DNA of 28,830 nt from the IMG/VR virus record IMGVR_UViG_2852300590_000011, one strand, 5' to 3'. Under the pieces are notes generated by a model. That model saw nothing but the letters and a program-made list of their open reading frames with translations. It had not been told where the DNA came from and searched no databases. This document shows, piece after piece, positions 19,790 to 28,317 of this stretch (position 1 is its first letter; each line of letters starts with the position of its first letter). Both the position numbers and the translations under genes were made by a program. This DNA is from an uncultured virus (IMG/VR IMGVR_UViG_2852300590_000011) (lineage: Duplodnaviria; Heunggongvirae; Uroviricota; Caudoviricetes).

Positions 19790-20542
19790 ATGATAATAAT
19801 TAATACCATTAAAAATAAATTAGAAGGATCTGTTAATCATTCTAACCCTTTTATTGGCTTTGATGAGTCAGGGATGGAATATTTTGTAAAAACATATTCA
19901 AACGAATCTAAGTATGAATCAAAGGCATTATTTAATGAATTTTTAGCCTTTAATCTTGCTGAAAAGATAGGTTTATTTTGGCCAAAAGGCCATATTGCTC
20001 AGCTTTCTGAAAATGTAAAGAGTGATCTAAATATATCAACTTCATTTGTTATTGCATATGAGTTCATATATGGTTTAGAAGAATTACCTGAGGATCATCA
20101 ATTCAGTAATGATCAACTGAGTGCTCTTTATGGGAAATCAATATTTGATAATTGGCTATCAATACGTGATGCGAAAAATGATACTTGCAAGTTGTCAAAT
20201 AATGAATTGCTGTTTATGGATGCTGGAATTGCCCTTGAAAGTGATAGTCAAGATATATGGGGTGAAGATGGTCTTATCTGGAACCCAAGTAAATTAGATT
20301 CTGAGACAGCGCCATATCTTCATGAAAAATTGAGCTCTGGAGAAGGATATAAACTATGGATGGATAGAATTTGTGACATACCTGCTGATTATTATGAATC
20401 TCTTGTAAATAGTATCCCTCAAGATTGGGAAATTCCTGTAAGTTACAAGTCAAAATTTGTCGAGACTTTTTCTTCATCGTGCCATATTTTTATTCCTATG
20501 ATGATTGAATATATCAAGTATGGTTTGAATCCCAAGTTATAA
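19790..20542 (+). CDS. HipA-like kinase (no partner gene visible)
   Basis: GS...SNP loop, YFVK, LFNE.LA..LA..IGL..P, FDNWL..RD, LLFMDAG. Confidence 0.75.
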   Translation: MIIINTIKNKLEGSVNHSNPFIGFDESGMEYFVKTYSNESKYESKALFNEFLAFNLAEKIGLFWPKGHIAQLSENVKSDLNISTSFVIAYEFIYGLEELPEDHQFSNDQLSALYGKSIFDNWLSIRDAKNDTCKLSNNELLFMDAGIALESDSQDIWGEDGLIWNPSKLDSETAPYLHEKLSSGEGYKLWMDRICDIPADYYESLVNSIPQDWEIPVSYKSKFVETFSSSCHIFIPMMIEYIKYGLNPKL

Positions 20543-20646
20543 TTTTAAAACATTAAGCTGAATACCCGCTCTTAGTTCAAAGCAGGTTGTTAAAATTAGT
20601 TATATTTTATGAGAAATTTCTTAACTCAAATATCAACTAATGATTA

Positions 20647-20877
20647 TTATTCTATTTGAAAATATTGTACTGAATTTCCATCTGATCGTTTCTTATTTAT
20701 CTTCCGATAAAACGCTAATCGTCCATTAAAGTACGCTCTCAAATGTGCTGGCTATTGTTGTTCAACTTAGGACGCAATAATTGGCATATTGAGGCGTTCT
20801 TTATATGCGACAGCACTTGCGCCCAAATCGATATTGATCTTGTCTTTTTCTTCTTTAGTTAGGTTTGGGAGGTTCAT
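20647..20877 (-). pseudogene. holE: DNA polymerase III theta subunit homologue (HolE/Hot), two nonsense codons
   Basis: Manual translation: MNLPNLTKEEKDKINIDLGASAVAYKERLNMPIIAS*VEQQ*PAHLRAYFNGRLAFYRK, matching the theta signature DK.N.DL.A..VA.KER.NMP.I...P.HLR..F..RL. Confidence 0.85.
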
Positions 20878-21114
20878 AACAAGTCCGATTAGTTTCTGGA
20901 GAGTATGACAGAGTGTGGAATTAAAAATGAGAAAGCATGATGTACTGTGTCGAAGATAGACAACTAAAAGTGAGTAGACTAATTAAATATTAATTGAATT
21001 TCATAAAATCAATGGTTAGCAATATTAATGTTTTATTATTAGCTGTATTATTCTATATAGCTTGCTTGAACTATATTTCTTATATCAGATTTATTTAATT
21101 AGTTTGGAGGATTA

Positions 21115-22032
21115 ATGTCATTCTACAAATATATGACAACGGAAACGGGTAAGATAGTAATTGAACAAGGCACACTTCGATGGTCAAGTCCAAGTATTTT
21201 TAATGATATCGATGAGTGTCAATTTTCACCTTTCACTGATAGCGAGCTTGAATCAGCGAATAATGCTGTGTTTAAAGTTTTAGCTAATTGTGTCGCGGGT
21301 CATCTAATATATAATTTTAATGAATTTTCTGATGATAAACAGATGATGATAGAGCTTTTAAAGTATGGTATTGAAAATGGTATCGCGAGTGATAATAGTT
21401 ATTTTGATTCATTTAAAAAAATTGTTCCTAGTATGGAAGATTTTTTTCGAGAGTATATAAACATAGGACTTATTAATTGCGCTCGTGTTCTGTGTGTGAC
21501 CTCGGACTATGATAATAATCTAATGTGGGCCCATTATGCGGATGAGCATCGAGGTTGTGTACTTGAATTTGAAAATGTATATAAAGAGGCTCCAGATAGA
21601 CTTCATCAAGGACCTGTAAAGTATGTAGATGAACTTAAAAGTTCTACAAACGCAATTGAGTTACTATTATATGGAGAAACTAAATCTATTCACAATACTC
21701 TTATTAAAGATGTTTTCTTTTCAAAAAAATCCGCATGGCAATATGAAAAAGAATATAGATTATTATTTAGTGAAAATTTTGGTGTAATTCAAGGTAGCAT
21801 TAACTGTCAAACAAATGAAAAAACATGGGCTGTCAGTGGGCAATCCGATCAATTATATACTGATGTAGAGTTTGCTCCAGATTCATTACTTTCAATTACT
21901 TTTGGAGTTAGAACTCAGGCTGCTATAGTTGATGAAATTATATCTATTGCACGTAGTAAGAACCCTCTATGCACGTTCTATCAGATGATAAGATCTGGAG
22001 GATCTACAGTACGTCATCGCATGCAAATTTAG
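21115..22032 (+). CDS. DUF2971-domain protein
   Basis: FYKY, S.P..FND..E, N.LMWAHYAD.HRG..LEF, K...W.YEKEYR, I.FG motifs; GGAGG RBS. Confidence 0.8.
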   Translation: MSFYKYMTTETGKIVIEQGTLRWSSPSIFNDIDECQFSPFTDSELESANNAVFKVLANCVAGHLIYNFNEFSDDKQMMIELLKYGIENGIASDNSYFDSFKKIVPSMEDFFREYINIGLINCARVLCVTSDYDNNLMWAHYADEHRGCVLEFENVYKEAPDRLHQGPVKYVDELKSSTNAIELLLYGETKSIHNTLIKDVFFSKKSAWQYEKEYRLLFSENFGVIQGSINCQTNEKTWAVSGQSDQLYTDVEFAPDSLLSITFGVRTQAAIVDEIISIARSKNPLCTFYQMIRSGGSTVRHRMQI

Positions 22033-22090
22033 TTTTTCTTTTTTGAAGGGCATTTGTTAAGCCAAAATAGCTACTTGTAGTCTTAATACA

Positions 22091-22435
22091 TGGTTATCAA
22101 AACCAATAAAAGTATTATGGTAATCAAGTAGTTATAAAAATGCATAATCATTGTCTTTTAGGTCTATTAAGAGCGAATAAACTTTAATAAACAAATAGTT
22201 AATAATGGTTGATTTATATAATGCTACGCCATATGGGTTGGACAGAAGCCGCTGACTTAATCATTAAAGGTATGGAAGGCGCAATCGAAGCGAAGACCGT
22301 TACTTATGATTTCGAACGTCTAATGGACGGCGCTAAATTGCTGAAATGTAGCGAGTTCGGTGACGCGATTATCAAACATATGTAATTGTTGATTTGATAA
22401 ATAGTTAACGGAAGCTTATTAGTTCCCGTTTGTTT
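22091..22435 (+). repeat. att-site repeat copy 1 (phage arm + icd 3' end + terminator); direct repeat of 27402-27695
   Basis: Near-identical to 27402-27695. Contains the TGGTTATCAAAA motif and an exact IHF consensus AATCAAGTAGTTA at 22122-22134. Confidence 0.9.
22221..22385 (+). pseudogene. icd: Duplicated 3' end (165 bp) of isocitrate dehydrogenase, icdC-like
   Basis: [54 protein letters not shown] is the Icd C-terminus; icd is the known attB of phage 21 and e14. Confidence 0.95.
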
Positions 22436-22470
22436 TTTGTACTATAAAATTCTTCCCCAAAACTGTTTAA

Positions 22471-22807
22471 TTAAACAGCAATAATTTGCCATTCTTTGCC
22501 TCTATCGTCGTGATATTTATCGGTCATTTTTTGGGTTTTATGGCCTAATAATTTTTGTGTATTTATTCCTTGTTCGCGATAAAGTCTCTCAGACAAAGAG
22601 CGTTGTTCGTGAAAGGTTGGTGCAGTACCTTTGTCCCAAGTTAACCCACACTTATCTCGCGCTTTTTTAAACGTTGTGGTTAATGTATTTGGTGTGACTT
22701 GTTCGCCTCGTTTTGCTTGGGATGTTGTATCCCGATAATGTACAAGATATTTACTCACAACGGCATCACGACACATTGCAATAACGTCCCTTAAGTGTAA
22801 CGCCAAT
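22471..22807 (-). pseudogene. int: Lambda-family tyrosine integrase, C-terminal fragment
   Basis: PTFHEQRSLSERLY.EQG...QKLLGHK...MTDKYHDDRG.EW (H-x-x-R, H and Y catalytic residues); points toward the icd att; upstream part lost. Confidence 0.9.
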
Positions 22808-23232
22808 CCCGAAGGCACATTCACCACTAACGACGAATCAGAAGGCGCTACAGTTACTCGAGTAGGACAGGGTGAATATCTTATCGAAGGTGTGCTCGGC
22901 TTTAACTCAGATGCAGGTTGGAGAGGTATTGATGGTGGTATTGAAATTTCACTTGATGTTAATAAACAGCCGTTGATATGGGTAGGCTCTGAAATTATGG
23001 GGGACGGTTCTATTCTCGTCAAAACGTATCATCGAACTCATCCTAACGCACCTGAGTTTGCCAATAATAAAATTGACGGTTTCAACAATGATGACCCAAT
23101 GATATTCCTGATGGTCGTTTTATTTCCGTTCGCGTACAGATGCCTGAGCAATCAATCTATAACGTGAGAATGCATGAGATGGAAGAGGTGCAGAAGGCGG
23201 AAGAGGAATGTAGACAAAAAGAAGAGGATTAA
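22805..23232 (+). pseudogene. Tail fibre C-terminal fragment, copy 2
   Basis: NPEGTFTTNDESEGATVTRV..GEYLIEGVLGFNSDAGW is homologous to 14818-15230; frameshift near 23100. Confidence 0.9.
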
Positions 23233-23243
23233 TGGTGAGCTTT

Positions 23244-23284
23244 GTTAAACGGGCTGTACTGATTAATCATCTCGCCCGTTTAAC
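23244..23284. terminator. 11-bp perfect inverted repeat between convergent genes
   Basis: GTTAAACGGGC ... GCCCGTTTAAC with a 19-nt spacer. Confidence 0.45.
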
Positions 23285-23303
23285 TGAGAGAAATTAAGAA
23301 ACT

Positions 23304-23636
23304 TTATTCTTCGCTTATCTTTTCATAAATAAAGTTGTTATTGGTGCCGAAAAACCTACCGTTCTTTAAAACAAGTAAGAAGTCACCTGTAGCACCTCTG
23401 ACTAAATACCTATTTTTGTTATTTTTATCTTGAATTAATGGGCCACTAGCCGCCTTATAAAAAGGGCCTTTATCAAAAATAACAACCGCGTCTGAATAAG
23501 CGGTATCTTGTTTTTTTATGGAAAAAGAACACAAAACATCACAATCACTATTTATATTTTTCCAGTGACCATAGATCTCACTTTGAGAATCACACCCAGC
23601 CAATGTAAATATAAGTAGAAATAAAAGCTTCTTCAT
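23304..23636 (-). CDS. Hypothetical lipoprotein (moron)
   Basis: MKKLLFLLIFTLAGC lipobox, followed by IYGHW; AAGG RBS on the minus strand. Confidence 0.8.
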   Translation of the reverse strand: MKKLLFLLIFTLAGCDSQSEIYGHWKNINSDCDVLCSFSIKKQDTAYSDAVVIFDKGPFYKAASGPLIQDKNNKNRYLVRGATGDFLLVLKNGRFFGTNNNFIYEKISEE

Positions 23637-24076
23637 TTGACTAGCCTTATTTATTGATTTAGGAGGAAGTATAACAGAAGGATAAAACGATAGTTTGGCT
23701 TAAGTCAAAATTAATCTTGGAAAATTGTTTTATCAAATTTTGGGACTGTATTAATTATTGGGTTGAGGTTGAAAGTCAAAAGCATCAGTAACAAGCTAAT
23801 CATTGAGATAATAAAAGAAATTTTGCCGAGATTCATAGTAAATTCCATTTAAGGTAATGCTTAAGTTGTAGCATGCATTAACTTAGATTCCAACCTGTAA
23901 GGATTACTTACAAGTTCACATGTTCGGTTATTCTGAGCAACTCATTTTGAAGATCACTTAGGCGGTCTTTTTTCGTATAAGAGAGGTAGTCATGAAGATA
24001 TTTACAGCTAACATTGATCCCAATGGTTTTTATCAATGTGGGTTGGAATAGTGATTATTTTTAGATTTATTTAGCA

Positions 24077-24296
24077 ACCTGATTACTCAGCGTCGAATTT
24101 TACTTTCCAGTTATAAAGTAATTTATCGGTGATCCCTAAAGAAGCTACTGCTTTTGGAACGCTATAACCTTGTTCGCTGACTAATGCGACCGCTTCTTGC
24201 CTAAACCCAGTAGTATAAACACTGTTTTTTCATTTAACACTTCAATAGTTAGATTATATTCCATTATTAAGTGTTCTGTTTGATTAAAGTAGATCA
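24077..24296 (-). mobile_element. IS3-family relic (left end + orfA start), copy 1
   Basis: Minus strand starts TGATCTACTTTAATCAAACAG; encodes YTTGFRQEAVALVSEQGYSVPKAVASLGITDKLLYNWK (orfA HTH); homologous to 27784-28012. Confidence 0.8.
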
Positions 24297-24500
24297 GACA
24301 GTTTTATTCTAATGAAAACGTATCACGGCATTCATCCTAACGCACCTAAATTCGCCCGTAATGATATTGACGGTTACAAATAGGGTGACCCAATTGATAT
24401 CCCTGATGGTCGTTTCATTTCCGTTCGTGTACAGATGCCTGAGCAATCCATCTATAACGTGAGAATATGTGAGATGGTAGAGGCACAGGAAGCGGAATAA
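24297..24500 (+). pseudogene. Tail fibre extreme C-terminal fragment, copy 3
   Basis: KTYHGIHPNAPKFARNDIDGYK*GDPIDIPDGRFISVRVQMPEQSIYNVR; starts immediately at the IS3 end. Confidence 0.85.
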
Positions 24501-24554
24501 AATATATATACTATCTTTTAATAAGAAAAGTATTGATATATAAGGTGATGAGTC

Positions 24555-24842
24555 ATGACTGAAATAGAAATATTTCTATTAGCGCTAGAAAACTACAGAG
24601 AAAATAAAATTATTAAATATAACGATAAGGCAAAAATATTTATTTGGTATATGGAAAATATACAGAAAAATAACGCTACTATAGATACAACATTACCTTT
24701 TTTAGTTAAAGATTTTCATAGCTATAGTTTAAGAAGCGATCTTTCAGATACTGAGATAAAAAATACAATAAGGAAAGTTAAAGAGTATCTTATTCAAGCT
24801 GAAAATAGATATAAAAAGGCTCAAGGGTATGATAAGACCTAA
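24555..24842 (+). CDS. Hypothetical protein (95 aa)
   Basis: TAAGGTG RBS and an open frame; no motif recognised. Confidence 0.55.
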   Translation: MTEIEIFLLALENYRENKIIKYNDKAKIFIWYMENIQKNNATIDTTLPFLVKDFHSYSLRSDLSDTEIKNTIRKVKEYLIQAENRYKKAQGYDKT

Positions 24843-25006
24843 TCAAGTTATACATTAGTTATAATGAAAAAATCATGATACCAATAAGACATCGAAATTG
24901 ATAATTAATTAAATATATTTAGCTCAAGGAAGAGTTAAATCTTAATAATGAGTATACCGAATATAACCGAAATAAGGTTGTTGCTTTAAGATTATTATCA
25001 AATAAA

Positions 25007-25022
25007 CTGTTTGTATATACAG
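25007..25022 (+). promoter_or_regulatory. LexA (SOS) box upstream of the bacteriocin gene
   Basis: CTGTttgtatatACAG matches CTGT-N8-ACAG; overlaps a candidate -10 TAAACT (25003-25008) with TTGCTT -35 at 24981-24986. Confidence 0.85.
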
Positions 25023-25056
25023 TATTTGTAGGTGCTAAATATAAAAAGGAATTTAT

Positions 25057-26847
25057 ATGAGTGACAATGAAGATAACGATATTCATATTGAAATAACTGA
25101 TGGCGTTAATAGCCGTGATGACGATGATAATTCGCATTACACAGATAACGACAGTGAAGATCGAGACCGAGATGAAAATGAAAGAAATGTTCAAGATATT
25201 TCTGATATTGATTTAAGTCGATACCCCGAGAAATTAGTAATGGCATCAGCGGCTATGCCAGCTTTGGGTTTTCTTACTTATAAAGGTGTTCTTAGTTTTA
25301 CATCAAGTCCATTTGCTTCCGCTAATGTTAAGAGTATCTTTTCTAAGTCATTGACAGCGTTGAGAGCTAGTGCATTAGAAGCAATTTCTATAGCGCCAAA
25401 GTTGGCTAGGGTTACAGGTGTTGGAATTGCAATCGAAGGATTGTGGCCCAGTAATAATATTATGTCTACTCAAGCTGAAATGGCTTTATTGAAGAATTAC
25501 GGCATTTTGGATCGAGATATTTTTGATAGAAACAAAGCACGCAAAGTTACAACTATGCCTGCTGATATTGTTACTAGCCAAATGGGTTCTATTGGTAAAA
25601 AAACATCTATAAACATACATACTCAAGTGATATCAGCTTTAGATAAAAATGCTAGAAAGCAACGCACCATCGTATCAACAGGTCAGGCTATTAGTGTTCC
25701 AATCGTAAAAGCGACTGCGACAAACACACCAAATATTTATACTGCTCCTGTTATAGCTGGCGCAAAGCCTGTGCGCATCAGTATTTCTGAAAATAAAGCA
25801 GATAAAAATAAGCAAGTCACCATCAATACTAAGCCTAATGCAGGGTATTATATTCCTTCACCTAAATTAAATACTCATCATGCCATTGTTGATTTTGGTG
25901 GTAAGCATGAAGCGATTTATGTCTCTATTATCGATGTTATTGATGTCGATAATGAAGAGAAGATAGTTGAAAAAGAATGGGCTGAGTGGTCGACATTGCA
26001 TCCGCTAGAAGCAGCATTATTAGAGCTTGAAGAAGCCAAGAAAAGATTAGCGAATATTGATAAACAGTATCAGGCTCAGGTTGCTGTTATTAATAAACTC
26101 AAAGCGACACCTGAAGGTTTGGCATTAGCCGATCCTGTTAAAAATCCTCTTGTTTATAAAATGGATGGTAAAGAATATAAAGATGTCAAATTTGATGATC
26201 CAGAGCTATTAAAAGCCATTTTGAACAAAGAAGAAAATTTTGCGAGTATTGTATCATTAAAATATAAAAATCAATTTAAAGGAGCTAAATTATTTGAAGT
26301 TGTAGTAATTTTAAGTTTTCTTGGTGACTCAATTTTAAAAACTCATACTCAAATTGAAGATGCTAAGAAAAAATTAGCTCCTATCCTAGAGTCACGAAAA
26401 AAAGCAGAAGAAAAGAAAAAAACTGCTGAAGATAAGGTTAAAAAAGAAAATAAACGCAATCAACCAGGTAAGGCTACAGGTAAAGGCAAAAAAGTAAGTG
26501 ATAAATGGCTTAATGATGCAGGAAAAGAAAATGGTGTACCCATTCCAGATCGAATAGCAGATAAATTGCGTGATCAAAAATTTAATAATTTCGATGAGTT
26601 TAGACGGAAATTATGGGAGGAGGTATCTAAAGATCCAGAGTTAAGTAAGAATTTTATACAAAGTAACAGAACTCGAATGCGAAATGGTTTGTCACCTAGG
26701 GCTAGATATAAAGATAGTGTTGGAGGGAGACGTTCCTTTGAGCTTCACCATGATAAACAGATTAGTCAAGGTGGAGAGGTTTATGATATAGATAATATTC
26801 GAGTCGCTACTCCGAAATGTCACATTGATATTCACAAAGGAAAATAA
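25057..26847 (+). CDS. Colicin E / S-pyocin-like nuclease bacteriocin with HNH DNase domain
   Basis: C-terminus [32 protein letters not shown]...[20 protein letters not shown]...[30 protein letters not shown] is colicin E2/E7/E9-like; pyocin-S-like middle region. Confidence 0.93.
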   Translation: MSDNEDNDIHIEITDGVNSRDDDDNSHYTDNDSEDRDRDENERNVQDISDIDLSRYPEKLVMASAAMPALGFLTYKGVLSFTSSPFASANVKSIFSKSLTALRASALEAISIAPKLARVTGVGIAIEGLWPSNNIMSTQAEMALLKNYGILDRDIFDRNKARKVTTMPADIVTSQMGSIGKKTSINIHTQVISALDKNARKQRTIVSTGQAISVPIVKATATNTPNIYTAPVIAGAKPVRISISENKADKNKQVTINTKPNAGYYIPSPKLNTHHAIVDFGGKHEAIYVSIIDVIDVDNEEKIVEKEWAEWSTLHPLEAALLELEEAKKRLANIDKQYQAQVAVINKLKATPEGLALADPVKNPLVYKMDGKEYKDVKFDDPELLKAILNKEENFASIVSLKYKNQFKGAKLFEVVVILSFLGDSILKTHTQIEDAKKKLAPILESRKKAEEKKKTAEDKVKKENKRNQPGKATGKGKKVSDKWLNDAGKENGVPIPDRIADKLRDQKFNNFDEFRRKLWEEVSKDPELSKNFIQSNRTRMRNGLSPRARYKDSVGGRRSFELHHDKQISQGGEVYDIDNIRVATPKCHIDIHKGK

Positions 26848-27107
26848 TGATGAAACTGAAAAATAGCATTAATGATTATACAGAAGCTGAATTTAAACAA
26901 TTTATTGAAGCTATAATTAATTGTGAAGGTGACGAAAAAACACAAGATGATAATTTAGAACATTTTATTAAAATCACTGAGCATCCTGAAGGTTCGGATC
27001 TGATTTATTATCCAGAAGGCAATAATGATGGGAGTGCTACTGCTATTATTAAAGAAGTTAAAGAATGGCGGGCTAAAAATGGTAAGCCTGGATTTAAAAA
27101 AGGTTAG
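26847..27107 (+). CDS. DNase colicin immunity protein (Im7/Im9 family)
   Basis: [44 protein letters not shown] coupling to the toxin gene. Confidence 0.95.
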   Translation: MMKLKNSINDYTEAEFKQFIEAIINCEGDEKTQDDNLEHFIKITEHPEGSDLIYYPEGNNDGSATAIIKEVKEWRAKNGKPGFKKG

Positions 27108-27129
27108 TCATTACTCTTGTTAAATTAAT

Positions 27130-27156
27130 AGAGGCCTCTTAACGGAGGCTTTCTTA
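27130..27156 (+). terminator. Terminator after the immunity gene
   Basis: AGAGGCCTC(T)-TAAC-(G)GAGGCTTTCTT hairpin. Confidence 0.6.
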
Positions 27157-27401
27157 TATGTTCAAAGCACATCATGTTAGATATAGATAAAATATTAGCC
27201 ATTTTTAAGTGAAGACAGCTTTTTACTCCATACATCAAGCGTTTCTCGTTTTTCTCTTAAATAATCATATCTTTCATCATATTATTGAAAAATAACAAGT
27301 CTTTTGTGGTTTTGTACCATATTCCTTAACTCAGAACTTATTCCTATTTTCCTAGCTAATGTTTCGAATATTCACTAAGTCATGTTTATAGCCCTAATTA
27401 G

Positions 27402-27695
27402 TGGTTATCAAAACCAATAAAAGTATTATGATAATCAAGTAGTTATAAAAATGCATAATCATTGTCTTTTAGGTCTATTAAGAGCGAATAAACTTTAATA
27501 AACAATTAGTTAATAATGATGGAGATACATAATACTACGCCACATGGGTTGGACAGAAGCCGCTGATTTAATCATTAAAGGTATGGAAGGCGCTAAACTG
27601 CTGAAATGTAGCGAGTTTGGTGACGCGATTGTCAAGCATATGTAATTGTTGATTTAAGAAATAGTTAACGAGAGCTTATTAGTTCCCATTTTTTA
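27402..27695 (+). repeat. icd: att-site repeat copy 2 with internally deleted icd 3' end (27532-27645)
   Basis: [37 protein letters not shown]; 114 bp versus 165 bp in copy 1; same upstream arm. Confidence 0.9.
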
Positions 27696-27759
27696 TTGTT
27701 AATTTTGAAATGGTTATCAAAACTACCTGAAATTTGAGCAATTAAATCACGATTTTTAT

Positions 27760-28012
27760 CTAATTTTTGGCGTTCAAGTTGTTACCTGATTACTCAGCGT
27801 CTAATTTTGCTTTCCAGCTATAAAGTAATTTATCGGTGATCCCTAAAAAACCTGCCGCTTTTGGAGCGCTATAACCTTGTTCGCTGACTAATGCGACCGC
27901 TTCTTGCTTAAATCCAGTAGTATAAACACTGTTTGTTCGTTTTTTCATTTAACACTTCTATAGTTAGATTATATTCCATTATTAAAGTGCCCTGTTTGAT
28001 TAAAGTAGATCA
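27760..28012 (-). mobile_element. IS3-family relic (left end + orfA start), copy 2
   Basis: TGATCTACTTTAATCAAACAG end; MKKRTNSVYTTGFKQEAVALVSEQGYSAPKAAGFLGITDKLLYSWKAKLDAE*. Confidence 0.8.
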
Positions 28013-28317
28013 AATAATCCCTAAATTTAATTAATTATAATAAATAAATATTTTTTATTTCTTAATTAAAATTTTTGTTGTAAATAGGCTACTTATTCTA
28101 ATTTCAATAATCTATTAATGAAGGGTTTGATTTGTTTTTCTATTTTTATTTTTAATTATCTTAAAATAATGAAATAGCTGATGTAATCATATTTAAAAGT
28201 GATATTATTATTTTAAAATCATTTATATATGTTTACATTGTTTTTATTTTAATGCTGGAGATACACGTGAATAAAAGAGCACTTTCGACAAAGTATCGAA
28301 ATTCGATGTGTCCATCA

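Noticed and set aside
22091..22140. CRISPR-like or iteron repeats (TGGTTATCAAAA variants)
   Set aside because: They are short, degenerate and irregularly spaced with no cas genes; better explained as integrase arm/IHF sites.
22471..23022. Full-length 183-aa integrase
   Set aside because: It is a chimeric ORF: the N-terminal part is antisense tail fibre, and the integrase N-terminal and core domains are missing.
23800..24055. Possible ncRNA or gene relic with a degenerate terminator (23949-23973), RBS and short ORF MKIFTANIDPNGF
   Set aside because: The ORF is under 20 codons and no convincing extended structure was found; cannot be supported without a search.
14818..24500. Diversity-generating retroelement or shufflon acting on the repeated tail-fibre ends
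   Set aside because: No reverse transcriptase or invertase is present. All copies are direct rather than inverted, differences are not adenine-specific, and the copies carry inactivating lesions.
121..26577. Short antisense or alternative-frame ORFs (e.g. 121-357, 568-765, 716-907, 1173-1376, 6143-6430, 7238-7456, 8440-8646, 9196-9399, 9544-9732, 11247-11570, 15537-16382, 16967-17167, 20274-20477, 24919-25194, 26392-26577)
   Set aside because: They overlap well-supported genes and show no motifs; most likely shadow ORFs.
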